A stretch of DNA of 36,477 bases from Acidimicrobiia bacterium (GCA_041619515.1 JBFKDW010000023.1:1-36477); one strand, 5' to 3'; shown: positions 17,981-27,796, counted from the stretch's first letter. The notes: generated by a model not told the origin, from the letters alone. Program-made: numbers and translations.

Positions 17981-18985
17981 ATGCACTATCGGAGTATCAG
18001 CGATCTGAACGGCGACATCGTCAACTGGATCACGCGGCTGCCGAGGGACTTCGACCTCATCGTCGGAATCCCCCGCAGCGGGCTCCTCGTCGCCAATTTG
18101 CTGGCGGTCCACCTCAACCTGCCGCTCACCGACCTCGACGGGCTTCTTGACAAGCGGGTCATCAGCGGGGGTGGCCGGCTCAACCGGACGGTGTCGTTGC
18201 CGAGCGCCAAACAGCTGAAGATCCTCGTCGTCGACGACATCGTCTGGACGGGGGCACAACTCGAGGCCGCCAGGGAGAAGATCGCCCTCGCCGAGCTGCC
18301 GCACGAGATCCAGTACGGCGTCGTATACGTGCACCCGTACTCGAAATCCGCCGTCGACCACTATCACGAGGTCCTGCCGGGCAACCGGCTGTTCGAATGG
18401 GCCCTGCTCCACAACCAGTTTCTCACCGATGTCTGCATGGATATCGACGGAGTTCTGTGCCGCGACACCACCCACGCCGAGGACGACGACGGCGAAACCT
18501 ACCGGCGATTCCTGTCGACGGTGGAGCCGGCGTTCACCCCCACCTGGCCGGTTGGATGGCTCGTGACCAGCAGGCTCGAGAAGTACCGTGACCTCACCGA
18601 GGAGTGGCTGAAGCGCCACAAGATCCCCTACGAGCAGCTCCTCATGCTCGACCTCCCCAGCGCCGACCTGCGGCGCCGGACCCACGCCGGCCCCGAATTC
18701 AAGGCCGAGGCATACCGGCAGACAGGCGCCAAGCTCTTCATCGAAAGCTCGGTCATCGAAGCAGCCGAGATCGCCAACCTGTCGGGCCGGCCGGTCTACA
18801 CGATGGACATACGCCAGATGGTGTACCCGGGCGTTCCTCCGGGTGGGCGCCGCCAGAGCCCGCTGCTCCGGTCCCGCATCGCCTGGGTCGGCCACGAGAT
18901 CCGGCGCAAGGGGTTCCGGGGAACCCGCGCCGCCGTCGCACGCCGGATCAGGGGGAAGCTGCCCGGCCGCCCCAAGCTCGGCTGA
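17981..18985 (+). CDS. Phosphoribosyltransferase-domain / HAD-like phosphatase-domain fusion
   Basis: IVGIPRSG and ILVVDDIVWTG (PRPP-binding loop), followed by MDIDGVL, LVTSR and FIES (HAD-like motifs). AAGGAG SD before ATG 17981. Confidence 0.8.
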   Translation: MHYRSISDLNGDIVNWITRLPRDFDLIVGIPRSGLLVANLLAVHLNLPLTDLDGLLDKRVISGGGRLNRTVSLPSAKQLKILVVDDIVWTGAQLEAAREKIALAELPHEIQYGVVYVHPYSKSAVDHYHEVLPGNRLFEWALLHNQFLTDVCMDIDGVLCRDTTHAEDDDGETYRRFLSTVEPAFTPTWPVGWLVTSRLEKYRDLTEEWLKRHKIPYEQLLMLDLPSADLRRRTHAGPEFKAEAYRQTGAKLFIESSVIEAAEIANLSGRPVYTMDIRQMVYPGVPPGGRRQSPLLRSRIAWVGHEIRRKGFRGTRAAVARRIRGKLPGRPKLG

Positions 18986-19003
18986 CTGCGCCGGGTCGCC
19001 GGC

Positions 19004-20392
19004 CTACCCGGTCACACCACCTTCGGTCATGGCGCGCAGGTCGAGGGCGGCCTCCAGCTCTTCGGCGCTGAGTCCCGACTTCTCGGCGGCCACATCCCGA
19101 ACCCCCCGGCCCTCGGCGAAGGCCGTCTTGGCGATCTCGGCCGCCAGGTCGTAGCCGATCTTGGGGGCGAGGGCGGTGATGATGATGATGTTGCGCTCCA
19201 CCAGCTCGGAGGCCCTGGCGGCATCGGCCTCCAGGTCGTCGACGCACTTCTCGCGCAGCACGGTGGAGGCGTTGGCCAGCAGCTCGATCGACTGGAGCAG
19301 GTTGTGGGCCATGACCGGCATCATCACGTTGAGCTCGAAGTTGCCGTTGGCGCCGCCCCAGGTGACGGCTGCGTCGTTGCCCATCACCTGGGCCGCCACC
19401 ATCATCACGGATTCCGGGATGACCGGGTTCACCTTGCCCGGCATGATCGACGAACCCGGTTGAAGGGATGGCAGCTTGATTTCGGCGATGGCGGTACGGG
19501 GACCCGAGGACAGCCAGCGCAGGTCGTTGGCGATCTTGAACAACGAGGTGGCGACGGTCTTGAGCGCCCCGGACGCTGCCACCACCGCATCCTTGGCAGC
19601 TTGTGCCTCGAAGTGGTTGTCGGCCTCTCGAAAAGGCATTCCGGTCCGCTCGGCGATGCGGGCGATGGTCTTGGCGGCGAAACCCTCGGGAGCATTGATG
19701 CCCGTTCCCACCGCAGTCCCGCCAAGCGCCAACTCTTCGAGATCCGGGAGGGCCGCCTCCATGCGAGCCCTGCCTTTGGCCACCTGGGCGGCATACCCGG
19801 AGAATTCCTGGCCGAGGCGCACGGGAGTGGCATCCATCAGGTGCGTCCGGCCCGATTTGACGATTCCGTCGAACTCGGCGGCCTTGACGTCCAGGGCACC
19901 GGCCAGCTGGTCGAGGGCCGGCAGCAGCGCCTCCCGGATTGCGGCTACGGCCGCAATGTGAATCGCCGTCGGGATCACGTCATTGGAAGACTGGCCCTGA
20001 TTGACGTGGTCATTCGGGTGGACCTGCTTGCTGCCCCGCTCTCCGCCCATTGCCTCGATCGCCAGGTTGGCGATCACCTCGTTGGCGTTCGTGTTGGTCG
20101 AGGTCCCCGAGCCGGTCTGGAAGATGTCGAGCACGAACTGGTCGTCGACCTCTCCCGCCACCACCCGGTCGGCGGCCTCGGCCACCGCTTTGGCGAGCGT
20201 TCCGTCGTATGTGCCCAACTCGAGATTGGTTCGGGCCGATTCCGCCTTGATGAGGCCCAGTGCCCAGATGAACCGGCGGCCGAAGCGGATCCCCGAGATC
20301 GGGAAGTTGTCCTTGGCCCGCTGGGTGGACGCTCCGTAAAAGGCGTCGTCGGGTACCTGCACCTCGCCCATGGAGTCCCGTTCGATCCGCAT
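19004..20392 (-). CDS. fumC: Class II fumarate hydratase
   Basis: MRIERDSMG, QTGSGT, GRTHLMDATP and the GSSIMPGKVNP signature. Confidence 0.95.
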   Translation of the reverse strand: MRIERDSMGEVQVPDDAFYGASTQRAKDNFPISGIRFGRRFIWALGLIKAESARTNLELGTYDGTLAKAVAEAADRVVAGEVDDQFVLDIFQTGSGTSTNTNANEVIANLAIEAMGGERGSKQVHPNDHVNQGQSSNDVIPTAIHIAAVAAIREALLPALDQLAGALDVKAAEFDGIVKSGRTHLMDATPVRLGQEFSGYAAQVAKGRARMEAALPDLEELALGGTAVGTGINAPEGFAAKTIARIAERTGMPFREADNHFEAQAAKDAVVAASGALKTVATSLFKIANDLRWLSSGPRTAIAEIKLPSLQPGSSIMPGKVNPVIPESVMMVAAQVMGNDAAVTWGGANGNFELNVMMPVMAHNLLQSIELLANASTVLREKCVDDLEADAARASELVERNIIIITALAPKIGYDLAAEIAKTAFAEGRGVRDVAAEKSGLSAEELEAALDLRAMTEGGVTG

Positions 20393-20458
20393 GTCGATCT
20401 CCTGTCACTACGTCGCTGCCACCAGCCTACGAGCCCGGCGAGGCGGTAAGGTCCGTCG

Positions 20459-21217
20459 ATGACTTCACAAATCACTTTGACCGACCGAACCGTGATCGTT
20501 ACCGGGGCCAGCCGGGGCATTGGAGAGGCGATCGCCCGGGCGTGTGCCGGGGCCGGCGCCAACGTGGTGCTGGCCTCCCGCAAACAGGAGGGTGTGGATG
20601 CCGCCGCCGCCGCCATCTCGTCCGAGGGCGGCTCGGCGCTGCCGGTGGCCTGCCACGTCGGCCACCCCGAGGAGGTGGCCCGATTGTTCGCAAGAGCGGG
20701 CGAGGAGTTCGGAACCATCCACGGGTTGGTCAACAACGCCGCCACCAACCCCTACTTCGGGCCGATGCTTGCCATCGAGGACGGGGCGTTCGACAAGACC
20801 ATCGAGGTGAACCTGAAGGGCCCTCTGGCCGCCAGCCGGGCCTTCGTCGAGCAGGCGGCGGCGGGCGGATCGATCGTCAACATCGCCAGCGTCAACGGCT
20901 TGCGGGCTGCCGCCCTCCAGGGCGTGTACGGCATGACCAAGGCGGCACTCATCTCGATGACCCAGACGCTCGCTCACGAGCTCGGGCCGATGGGGATCCG
21001 CGTCAACGCCATCGCTCCGGGCCTGGTTGAGACCCGCTTTGCCTCGGCGCTCATCCACAACGAGGACCTGCTCGGGCGGGTGGTGGACCGCATGCCGGTG
21101 GGCCGCCACGGACAGCCGGACGAGATCGCGGGGGCGGCCGTCTACCTGCTCTCGGACGCAGCCTCTTTCATGACCGGCGAAGTGATGGTCATCGACGGCG
21201 GCATGACCAGCGGGTAG
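20459..21217 (+). CDS. Short-chain dehydrogenase/reductase
   Basis: TGASRGIG, NNAATNP, YGMTK and RVNAIAPG. Confidence 0.95.
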   Translation: MTSQITLTDRTVIVTGASRGIGEAIARACAGAGANVVLASRKQEGVDAAAAAISSEGGSALPVACHVGHPEEVARLFARAGEEFGTIHGLVNNAATNPYFGPMLAIEDGAFDKTIEVNLKGPLAASRAFVEQAAAGGSIVNIASVNGLRAAALQGVYGMTKAALISMTQTLAHELGPMGIRVNAIAPGLVETRFASALIHNEDLLGRVVDRMPVGRHGQPDEIAGAAVYLLSDAASFMTGEVMVIDGGMTSG

Positions 21218-21246
21218 CGGGTTGCGCTGGACAGCCGGCGGCACGG

Positions 21247-22614
21247 TCAACCGCCGCCCAGCTCGGCGACGAGCCAGTCGATGCGGGACTCGAGCATGTT
21301 GGCGTCCTCGGGGCTCGGCACCGTCGCCGGCGGGTCGAGCAGCCAGCTGATGATCTGTTGGCCGCGGCCGAGGATGGGGAGCGTGCGGCGGCCCCGGATG
21401 GCGAGGGCACCATTCTGGTCATAGTCCCACGCCACGGCGGGAACCTCCCGGCGTGCGATCTCGAACATCAGGCCGGTGAGCAACTCCGCCATCGCCTTGT
21501 GCTCATCGCTCAGCACGTCGAAGGTCGTCCCGGCGTATCGGGCCGGCATCGTCGGTTCGGCTCCCGACGGCCCCCAGTCGGGGGCTCGTCGCACCAGCCA
21601 TCGCCAGAGGGCGGATAGCGCGGCCCGTCCGGTGGAGATGCGAGCCTGTTTCCTGAGCCGTCCCCCGACGGGGTTGGCGTCGACCAGGCGCTGCAGCTCG
21701 TCGAGGCGGTCCTGCTGACGGGCAACCCAGGCTTCGAGCCGCGCTTCATCGGCCACGGTGAGCGTCTTGTCCGCCCCCGTCGTGAGCGGCTCGAGTCCCA
21801 TGTTCTCACCGGCCGCCAGGATTCCCGGCCGGGCGCGGCGATTGGCGTCTTCGAAGGCCTGCTGCAGCACGGTTCGAGCAACCGCCCGATCGCCGTCCAT
21901 GGCCGCCAGGGTGGCGACAACCACGTTGGCGGGCCGGTGCATTCCCAGCTTGCGCCGGCCGTCGTCGGTCGCAGCGCGCAGTTGCGGCCGGCTGCGGAGA
22001 ACCTCCAACCGGGGCAGGATCTCACCGGCAAGCAGGTCGGCTACCGAGCCCGGCTCGGCCTGCAGCCCGATGATGTGCCGGCCGCCGAGGGGGTCCCGGA
22101 TGTGGCAGATGACCTCACTGATCCAGGTGCGCCGCTTCTCGGCCAGGCCGCGCCGGACGTCGACACCGTCGATGTAGATGCCGATGTCGATGCGCGCCGT
22201 GTCGTCGTCGAGCCGCCGCAGCTCGATGACGTGCCAGACGTCTGCCGACGCCTGCCGATTGAACGTGTGCTTGCGCTTCTTGAAGCCGGCCGGCTTCAAG
22301 ACGGTGTGGGCGGCCGAGCTCAGTTGTTTGAGCGCCTCCTCCCACGGCGGGTCGCTGCGCCGGGCCTCGCCCCACCAGGGCTCGAAGATCCCGGCCATCT
22401 GTTCGGTGGTCAGGGCGGGAGCCACGAGGCCGATGACCTCACGGTCTTCATGAACCGCCCGGTCGATCCCGGCGACCCTGCCGAGGAATTCCGCCGCGCG
22501 GGCGACGAGATCCTCCCGTTCGTGGGCGATCCAGTCGGAGAAGCCCACGATGTGCGTGAAGACTGGGTGATCAGGACTGGCTTCCACCCCCCATTCGGTT
22601 TCGCCGCCGCTCAC
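21247..22614 (-). CDS. Multi-domain hypothetical protein with a central DUF4304-like region
   Basis: LKPAGFKKRKHTFNR...WHVIEL...IDIGIY resembles DUF4304. Start placed at GTG 22614 after AGGAAGG. Confidence 0.6.
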   Translation of the reverse strand: MSGGETEWGVEASPDHPVFTHIVGFSDWIAHEREDLVARAAEFLGRVAGIDRAVHEDREVIGLVAPALTTEQMAGIFEPWWGEARRSDPPWEEALKQLSSAAHTVLKPAGFKKRKHTFNRQASADVWHVIELRRLDDDTARIDIGIYIDGVDVRRGLAEKRRTWISEVICHIRDPLGGRHIIGLQAEPGSVADLLAGEILPRLEVLRSRPQLRAATDDGRRKLGMHRPANVVVATLAAMDGDRAVARTVLQQAFEDANRRARPGILAAGENMGLEPLTTGADKTLTVADEARLEAWVARQQDRLDELQRLVDANPVGGRLRKQARISTGRAALSALWRWLVRRAPDWGPSGAEPTMPARYAGTTFDVLSDEHKAMAELLTGLMFEIARREVPAVAWDYDQNGALAIRGRRTLPILGRGQQIISWLLDPPATVPSPEDANMLESRIDWLVAELGGG

Positions 22615-22652
22615 GGCACCTTCCTGCCCATGCCCGCAGTATGGCGTCGTCG

Positions 22653-22683
22653 CACCGGCTCTGGGACGGGTCCAGAGCCGGTG
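22653..22683. terminator. Perfect 12-bp hairpin (terminator-like or recoding element)
   Basis: CACCGGCTCTGG-gacgggt-CCAGAGCCGGTG, downstream of the last gene of the sufD operon. No U-tract. Confidence 0.5.
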
Positions 22684-22715
22684 TGGGAAGGCGTCGAACC
22701 GGACCCCGTAGCGGG

Positions 22716-23192
22716 TCAGCCGCGCGACTCGCTGGGTGGGGCGTCGGCGTACTCCGGCACCATCGCGATCGGCCGGCCTTTGGTCCAGGGGGCAATCCGG
22801 CCGGCCAGCTCGTCGATGTCCCTGCTGCTGCAGCCGTCGCTCGTCCACGTGACCCGGTCCTGCTCGATCAGCACCAGCGACGGAACCGCCTCCATCCCAA
22901 AGGCGGCCGACGCCCGGTACGGCCGATCATCGATGACGACCGGCATGCGAACACCGATGTCCGCCATCAGCGAGGCGGTGTCCTCGATCGTCTCCTGCGA
23001 AACACCGATCACAGTCAGTCCCCGGGAGATGCGGCCGATGCCCGCCACCAGCCCGAGGGCGCCCTCGCAGCGGCGACAACCGGCCCGAAAGAACACCAGC
23101 AGCGCAGGACCGTCGAAGAACACCGGCAGCGGGGCAGCACCCTTGCCGTCGTAGACGTCGACTTCGGGGACGGGAGCCCCAGCCTCGATCAC
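22716..23192 (-). CDS. AhpC/TSA-TlpA-like thioredoxin-fold protein (CRRC)
   Basis: GAPVPEV, LLVFFRAGCRRC, IGVSQE and SAAFGMEAVPSLVLI. Start overlaps the sufC stop. Confidence 0.8.
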   Translation of the reverse strand: MIEAGAPVPEVDVYDGKGAAPLPVFFDGPALLVFFRAGCRRCEGALGLVAGIGRISRGLTVIGVSQETIEDTASLMADIGVRMPVVIDDRPYRASAAFGMEAVPSLVLIEQDRVTWTSDGCSSRDIDELAGRIAPWTKGRPIAMVPEYADAPPSESRG

Positions 23193-23962
23193 AGCCCGGC
23201 CAGGAAATCGTCCTCTTCGCTCCCGGAGGCTCCCCCCGCCGCCTGAGCAACGAGGTCGGCGTAGCCCCGGGCTTCCAACTCCTCGGCCAGCTCCGGCCCG
23301 CCGGACTCCACGATCTTGCCTGCCACCATCACATGAACCCGGTCCGGTGTCAGGTACTTCAGGATTCGGTTGTAGTGGGTGATGAGCAGCACCCCGATGT
23401 CGGGACCGCGCATGCGCTCGACCGCCTCGGCCACTTCTCGCACCGCGTCGATGTCGAGCCCGGAGTCGATCTCGTCGAGCACTGCTACCGAGGGAGCGAG
23501 CACGGCGAGTTGGAAGATCTCGGAGCGTTTCTTTTCCCCACCAGACAGGCCCTCGTTTACCGGACGGTCGAGAAACCGGCCGGCCCCGAGCAGCGCCGCG
23601 GCTTCGTCGATGCGAGCCCTGATCGCTTCACCGTCCTGACGCTGTTCGGCGAGCTCCTCGAACAGGTCGCGCAGCGTGATTCCCGGAATCTCGGTCGGGT
23701 ATTGAAACGCTTCGGCCAGGCCCATTCGTGAACGCTGCTCGACGCTCTTGTCGAGGAGCTCCTGACCTCCGACCATGGCCGATCCACTGGCAACGTAATC
23801 CGGCTTTCCCATCAGGACATGGCACAGAGTTGACTTGCCGGACCCGTTCGGGCCCATGATGACGTGCAGCTCACCGTAGCCGACGTCGAGATCCAGCCCC
23901 TTGAGAATCTCGATCGAGCCGATCGAGGCTCGCAGATCTCTGACCTGCAGCGCCGCGCTCAT
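23189..23962 (-). CDS. sufC: Fe-S cluster assembly ATPase SufC (copy 2)
   Basis: GPNGSGKST, AFQYPTEIPG, NEGLSGGEKKR, DEIDSGLDID and ITHYNRIL. Confidence 0.93.
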   Translation of the reverse strand: MSAALQVRDLRASIGSIEILKGLDLDVGYGELHVIMGPNGSGKSTLCHVLMGKPDYVASGSAMVGGQELLDKSVEQRSRMGLAEAFQYPTEIPGITLRDLFEELAEQRQDGEAIRARIDEAAALLGAGRFLDRPVNEGLSGGEKKRSEIFQLAVLAPSVAVLDEIDSGLDIDAVREVAEAVERMRGPDIGVLLITHYNRILKYLTPDRVHVMVAGKIVESGGPELAEELEARGYADLVAQAAGGASGSEEDDFLAGL

Positions 23963-24282
23963 GGTGCCTCCTCCGCCGGCTCCAGCTCGATGAACAACTC
24001 GCCGTCGACGATGTCGACCTCGTAGGTGGGGACGGGCCGGGTGGCGGGAAGAGAGTCCGGCTCGCCGGTGATGATGCTGAATTCAGAGCCGTGACGGGGA
24101 CACTCGACGTCCGTGTCGAACAACTCACCTTCTGCCAGCGACGCCTCGGCGTGGCTGCATCGGTCCCCGATCGCATACGCCGTATCACCAACGCGGAACA
24201 TGGCGATCCGATGACCGGCCGCCTCGACCAGGACCCCCCGACCGTCGGGGAGATCCTGCAGTGCCCCGACCTTCACCCTCAT
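23959..24282 (-). CDS. Rieske [2Fe-2S] ferredoxin
   Basis: DRCSH...ECPRHGSEF Rieske motifs. ATG 24282 overlaps the sufD stop. Confidence 0.93.
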   Translation of the reverse strand: MRVKVGALQDLPDGRGVLVEAAGHRIAMFRVGDTAYAIGDRCSHAEASLAEGELFDTDVECPRHGSEFSIITGEPDSLPATRPVPTYEVDIVDGELFIELEPAEEAP

Positions 24283-25541
24283 ACCCGGCCCTCTTCCTGC
24301 GCCCGCACGTATTTCTCGTTGACGGCTGTGCGGATCGGTGCAACCAGCTCCTGATGGGGCATCTGGTTGAGCGCCTCCTCGAAGAACCCGCGCACTTGCA
24401 GACGGTCGGAGTGGACGCGATCGAGCCCTCTGCTCATGAGGTAGTACCGCTGGTCGGCGTCGAGCGGGCCGACCGTCGACCCGTGCCCACACTTGACATC
24501 GTTGGCGAGGATCTCGAGGTTGGGGACCGATTCTGCACCGGCCTCGTCGCTGAGCACGAGGTTGCGGTTGGTTTGGAACGCGTCTACCCGCTGGGCGGTC
24601 TCCTCGATCCTGATCAAGCCGGTGAACACGGAATGGGAGGCGTCCTCGACTGCGCCCTTCAGGAACATATTGGACGTGGTATGGGGGGCCCGGTGAGTGA
24701 CGAAGGCGCGATAGTCCAGCACTTGATCGTCCTCTCCGAAGTAGAGGCCCGTGACTTCCGAATGGGCGCCGGGACCATCGATGTCGACGAGAAAATGCAG
24801 CCGGCCGAGGGCGGCGCCGATCCCGGCCTCGCCGTGGTGGAAGCTCGCATCGCGGCCCAGGGTGGCACGCTGCTGGGCGATGGCGATGGTGCCGTACCCC
24901 CAGGCCTGCACGGTGGTGAGCCGGAGGCGGGCCGCGTCGCCGATGGCGGCCTGCAGGTGCGGCACGACGTGGAAAACGCCTCCATCCGGGGAGCGATAGA
25001 CCACAACCACCGACAAGTCTGACTGCGGTTCGGCCACCAGCATGAGGCGAGGCAGTGACAGCGTCTCGGGCGTCACAGCCTGCACGTCGATGAAGACGGG
25101 GCCGTCGGTGGCGGCCCCTTTCGCCGCGTGGATGACGAGCCCATCGCTTCCGAAGCCGTGATGAGCAGCCGCAAAGCGGTCGAGGTCGGGTGGGATCGCC
25201 GAGCCGGCCGCCGCCGCCAGCACCGCCGGGTCCGTGTCGGCGATGCGGCTGACCGTGACCCCCTCACCGCCCGCCACGTCGGTGACGGCGCCGTCGACGA
25301 TCACGGCCGATGCAATCGCGTCGATGGCGTAGCGGCTCTCCTCCTGAGGCGAGCCCGGTGCTTCTGCCAGGCTGAGGTCCTCGAGGTCGAAGTCGAGATC
25401 GACGTATCGCCACACCTCCTCGGCGGAGGTCGGCATCGGCATGGCAGAGAACGCGTCGAGACCCCGAGCGCGCAGCTCCTCCAGCCAGGGGGCGGGCGCC
25501 GCCGCGCGCGCGTGGACGGTTTCGGCAGTCAGGGGTCTCAC
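24279..25541 (-). CDS. sufD: Fe-S cluster assembly protein SufD
   Basis: EVWRY, SVPNLEILANDVKCGHGSTVG and YLMSRG. Start placed at GTG 25541 (TATCCT upstream); the ORF extends to 25598. Confidence 0.92.
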   Translation of the reverse strand: MRPLTAETVHARAAAPAPWLEELRARGLDAFSAMPMPTSAEEVWRYVDLDFDLEDLSLAEAPGSPQEESRYAIDAIASAVIVDGAVTDVAGGEGVTVSRIADTDPAVLAAAAGSAIPPDLDRFAAAHHGFGSDGLVIHAAKGAATDGPVFIDVQAVTPETLSLPRLMLVAEPQSDLSVVVVYRSPDGGVFHVVPHLQAAIGDAARLRLTTVQAWGYGTIAIAQQRATLGRDASFHHGEAGIGAALGRLHFLVDIDGPGAHSEVTGLYFGEDDQVLDYRAFVTHRAPHTTSNMFLKGAVEDASHSVFTGLIRIEETAQRVDAFQTNRNLVLSDEAGAESVPNLEILANDVKCGHGSTVGPLDADQRYYLMSRGLDRVHSDRLQVRGFFEEALNQMPHQELVAPIRTAVNEKYVRAQEEGRV

Positions 25542-25587
25542 GGGGCGGAAGGATATTGGGGTAGGCGCCGCTTCCCAAAAGGGTTTC

Positions 25588-26259
25588 TCATCGGGCAATC
25601 GCCGCTTTCGCCTGCGTCATCACCGCGTCGAGCATCGCCTCGGTCAGGCGTCCGGTGAACGTGTTCTGCTGGCTCGGGTGGTAGCTGGCGATCACCAGGG
25701 GCCCCCCGGTGATGGTGGCCGCCTGCCCGTGGGCAAAACGGGGCCTGGGGCGGGGGGCCGCCGGGCCGAAGCGGCGCATCACCTGGTTGTACGCCAGCTG
25801 GCCCAGGCACACGATGACCTCGGCCGCCGGCAGGAGAGCGAGTTCCTGATCCAGCCACTCAGAACACGCCGACCGCTCGCCGGCCGTCGGCGCATTGGAA
25901 GGGGGAGCGCAGCGAACGATGGCGGTGATGTAGCAATCGGTGAGCTCCAACCCGTCCGCCCGGTCACGGGACACCGGCTGATTGGCGAACCCGGCCCGGA
26001 ACAATGCCCGGTACAGCCAGTCACCCGAGCGGTCACCGGTGAACATGCGCCCGGTCCGATTGGCCCCGTGGGCGGCCGGTGCCAGCCCGACCAGAACCAG
26101 CCGGGCCGCCGGATCACCGAAGCCCGGCACCGGCCGTCCCCAATATTCCCAGTCGCGAAAGGCCGCCCGCTTCGTTTCCGCGACCTCCTCGCGCCAGGCC
26201 ACCAACCGGGGACATTTCCGACACCCGACCACCGCTCGGTTGAGCCGGTCGAGCGTCAC
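25588..26259 (-). CDS. udgB: Family-5 uracil-DNA glycosylase (UdgB-like)
   Basis: CRKCPRL Fe-S cysteines, GLAPAAHGANRTGRMFTGD and YHPSQQN. GTG overlaps the upstream stop. Confidence 0.92.
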   Translation of the reverse strand: MTLDRLNRAVVGCRKCPRLVAWREEVAETKRAAFRDWEYWGRPVPGFGDPAARLVLVGLAPAAHGANRTGRMFTGDRSGDWLYRALFRAGFANQPVSRDRADGLELTDCYITAIVRCAPPSNAPTAGERSACSEWLDQELALLPAAEVIVCLGQLAYNQVMRRFGPAAPRPRPRFAHGQAATITGGPLVIASYHPSQQNTFTGRLTEAMLDAVMTQAKAAIAR

Positions 26260-27767
26260 TCGGTGGCCGGGTCGAGCGCGCTGTCGGTGAAGGTGCTTCC
26301 GGCGTTCCACAGGATCCAGCCAAGATCCCGCGCCTCGGCTTCGTCGATCTGGCTGCGAACCTCTGCCTCCCCGTAGGGCTCGCCACAGCCGAAAGTAAAG
26401 TCCTGTATCCAGGGCCGGACAATGGCGGGGCCGGTCACCCGCGGCAGGCCGTCGTCGAGGGCGCCGGCGACAACCGGGCCGGGGTTGGCGTTCGGGCACT
26501 CGAAACCGAACCAGCCCGTCGAGTAGTGGCTCGGATAGATCATCGGGCTGAGGACATCGACCGAGTCCGCCAGCTCCTCCACCCGCTGGCCCAGACCCTG
26601 GTCGCCGCTGGCGCTCAAGATGACCGCGAACACGTCGGCCGCTACCGCACAACCGAGCGGGTTGAGCCGGGAGCGCGCTTCGGACAGGAACCCGCTGATG
26701 GCAGTGATCCGGCCGGCTTGATCGGAGGGACCGTCGTACACGGCCCGATCTACCGGACCGTCGGTGGGGAATCGCACGTAGTCGAATTGGATCTCGTCGT
26801 ACCCCAGATCACACGCCTCCTCGGCGAGGGCGAGCGGATAATCCCATGACGCCGGGTCCGTGGCGTCCATGAACGCCTGGCCACCGCCGGTAGTCCAGGG
26901 CTGGTCGCTCCCGGCATCCCACACTGCGTGCTCCGGAAAGGCCGCTCCCATGTACCGGTCCTGGAATGTCACAATCCGTGTGATGGCGTACAGGCCTCGG
27001 TCGCGAAGATCCTGCAGGACGTCGGCAGGCTCGTAGTGAACGGCCACGGCCCCGATTTCGTGGGCCGTGGTGACCCCGGTGTCGTAGAACACCCTGCCCG
27101 ACTCGTCCTTGGTGTCGACGACGATGGCGTTGACTTCCGTCGACTCGGCAAGCTCGAGCAGCTCGGACCAGCGTTCGGGGTCGCCCACCGCCGGCCCGCT
27201 GGCGCGAATCGATCGGATCATACGCGGCTCCAGCGCCAGCGATACGGTGGGGGCGGCGCCGTCCCACTCCAGGGAGCCTGCCTCGTATGAGGCCTTGACC
27301 GCATCGATTGTTCCCTCGACAACCTGTTCCAGCCGGAAGGCCCCGGTGTGATCGCTGACAGCCTCCTGCTCTCCGAGGGTCAGCAGGACCCCCGGCAGCC
27401 CGTGCCCGGTCGAGGTCCGGACCACCCCGGTGAGCACTACCGGATCGAGCACCAGTTCCACCACCCGGGTGTCCGGGAGCTGCCGGACCTCGACGGAGGA
27501 TTCGTGAAAGCCGGGGGCGGTGGCCGTGATGGTGAGCGACCGTCGCGGCCACTCGGACACGGCTTTCCCATCCGAGCCGGTCTCCTCGTTGTCGAGGTCG
27601 CCGAACGCGACGGCAGCTGCTTCGACCGGCCGCCCTCCCGGATCGGTGATGACCACCTCGAGCTCAGGAATTGCCGGCGCGGGTGGAACCCCCTCCCCTA
27701 CCACGAGCAAGGACGGGCCCGAGCAGGCAGAGAGGACGAGCACAAACGGGGGCAGCAACCGACGCAT
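26256..27767 (-). CDS. Lipoprotein with carboxypeptidase-regulatory-like domains and a putative glycoside hydrolase (DUF4015-like) domain
   Basis: Lipobox LSAC, NAIVVDTKDESG, RIVTFQD, DEIQFDYVRFP, SPMIYPSHY and RPWIQDF. Confidence 0.85.
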   Translation of the reverse strand: MRRLLPPFVLVLSACSGPSLLVVGEGVPPAPAIPELEVVITDPGGRPVEAAAVAFGDLDNEETGSDGKAVSEWPRRSLTITATAPGFHESSVEVRQLPDTRVVELVLDPVVLTGVVRTSTGHGLPGVLLTLGEQEAVSDHTGAFRLEQVVEGTIDAVKASYEAGSLEWDGAAPTVSLALEPRMIRSIRASGPAVGDPERWSELLELAESTEVNAIVVDTKDESGRVFYDTGVTTAHEIGAVAVHYEPADVLQDLRDRGLYAITRIVTFQDRYMGAAFPEHAVWDAGSDQPWTTGGGQAFMDATDPASWDYPLALAEEACDLGYDEIQFDYVRFPTDGPVDRAVYDGPSDQAGRITAISGFLSEARSRLNPLGCAVAADVFAVILSASGDQGLGQRVEELADSVDVLSPMIYPSHYSTGWFGFECPNANPGPVVAGALDDGLPRVTGPAIVRPWIQDFTFGCGEPYGEAEVRSQIDEAEARDLGWILWNAGSTFTDSALDPATE

Positions 27768-27796
27768 CAAGCCCTCAGTCTGGCCCGCCATCGTTG

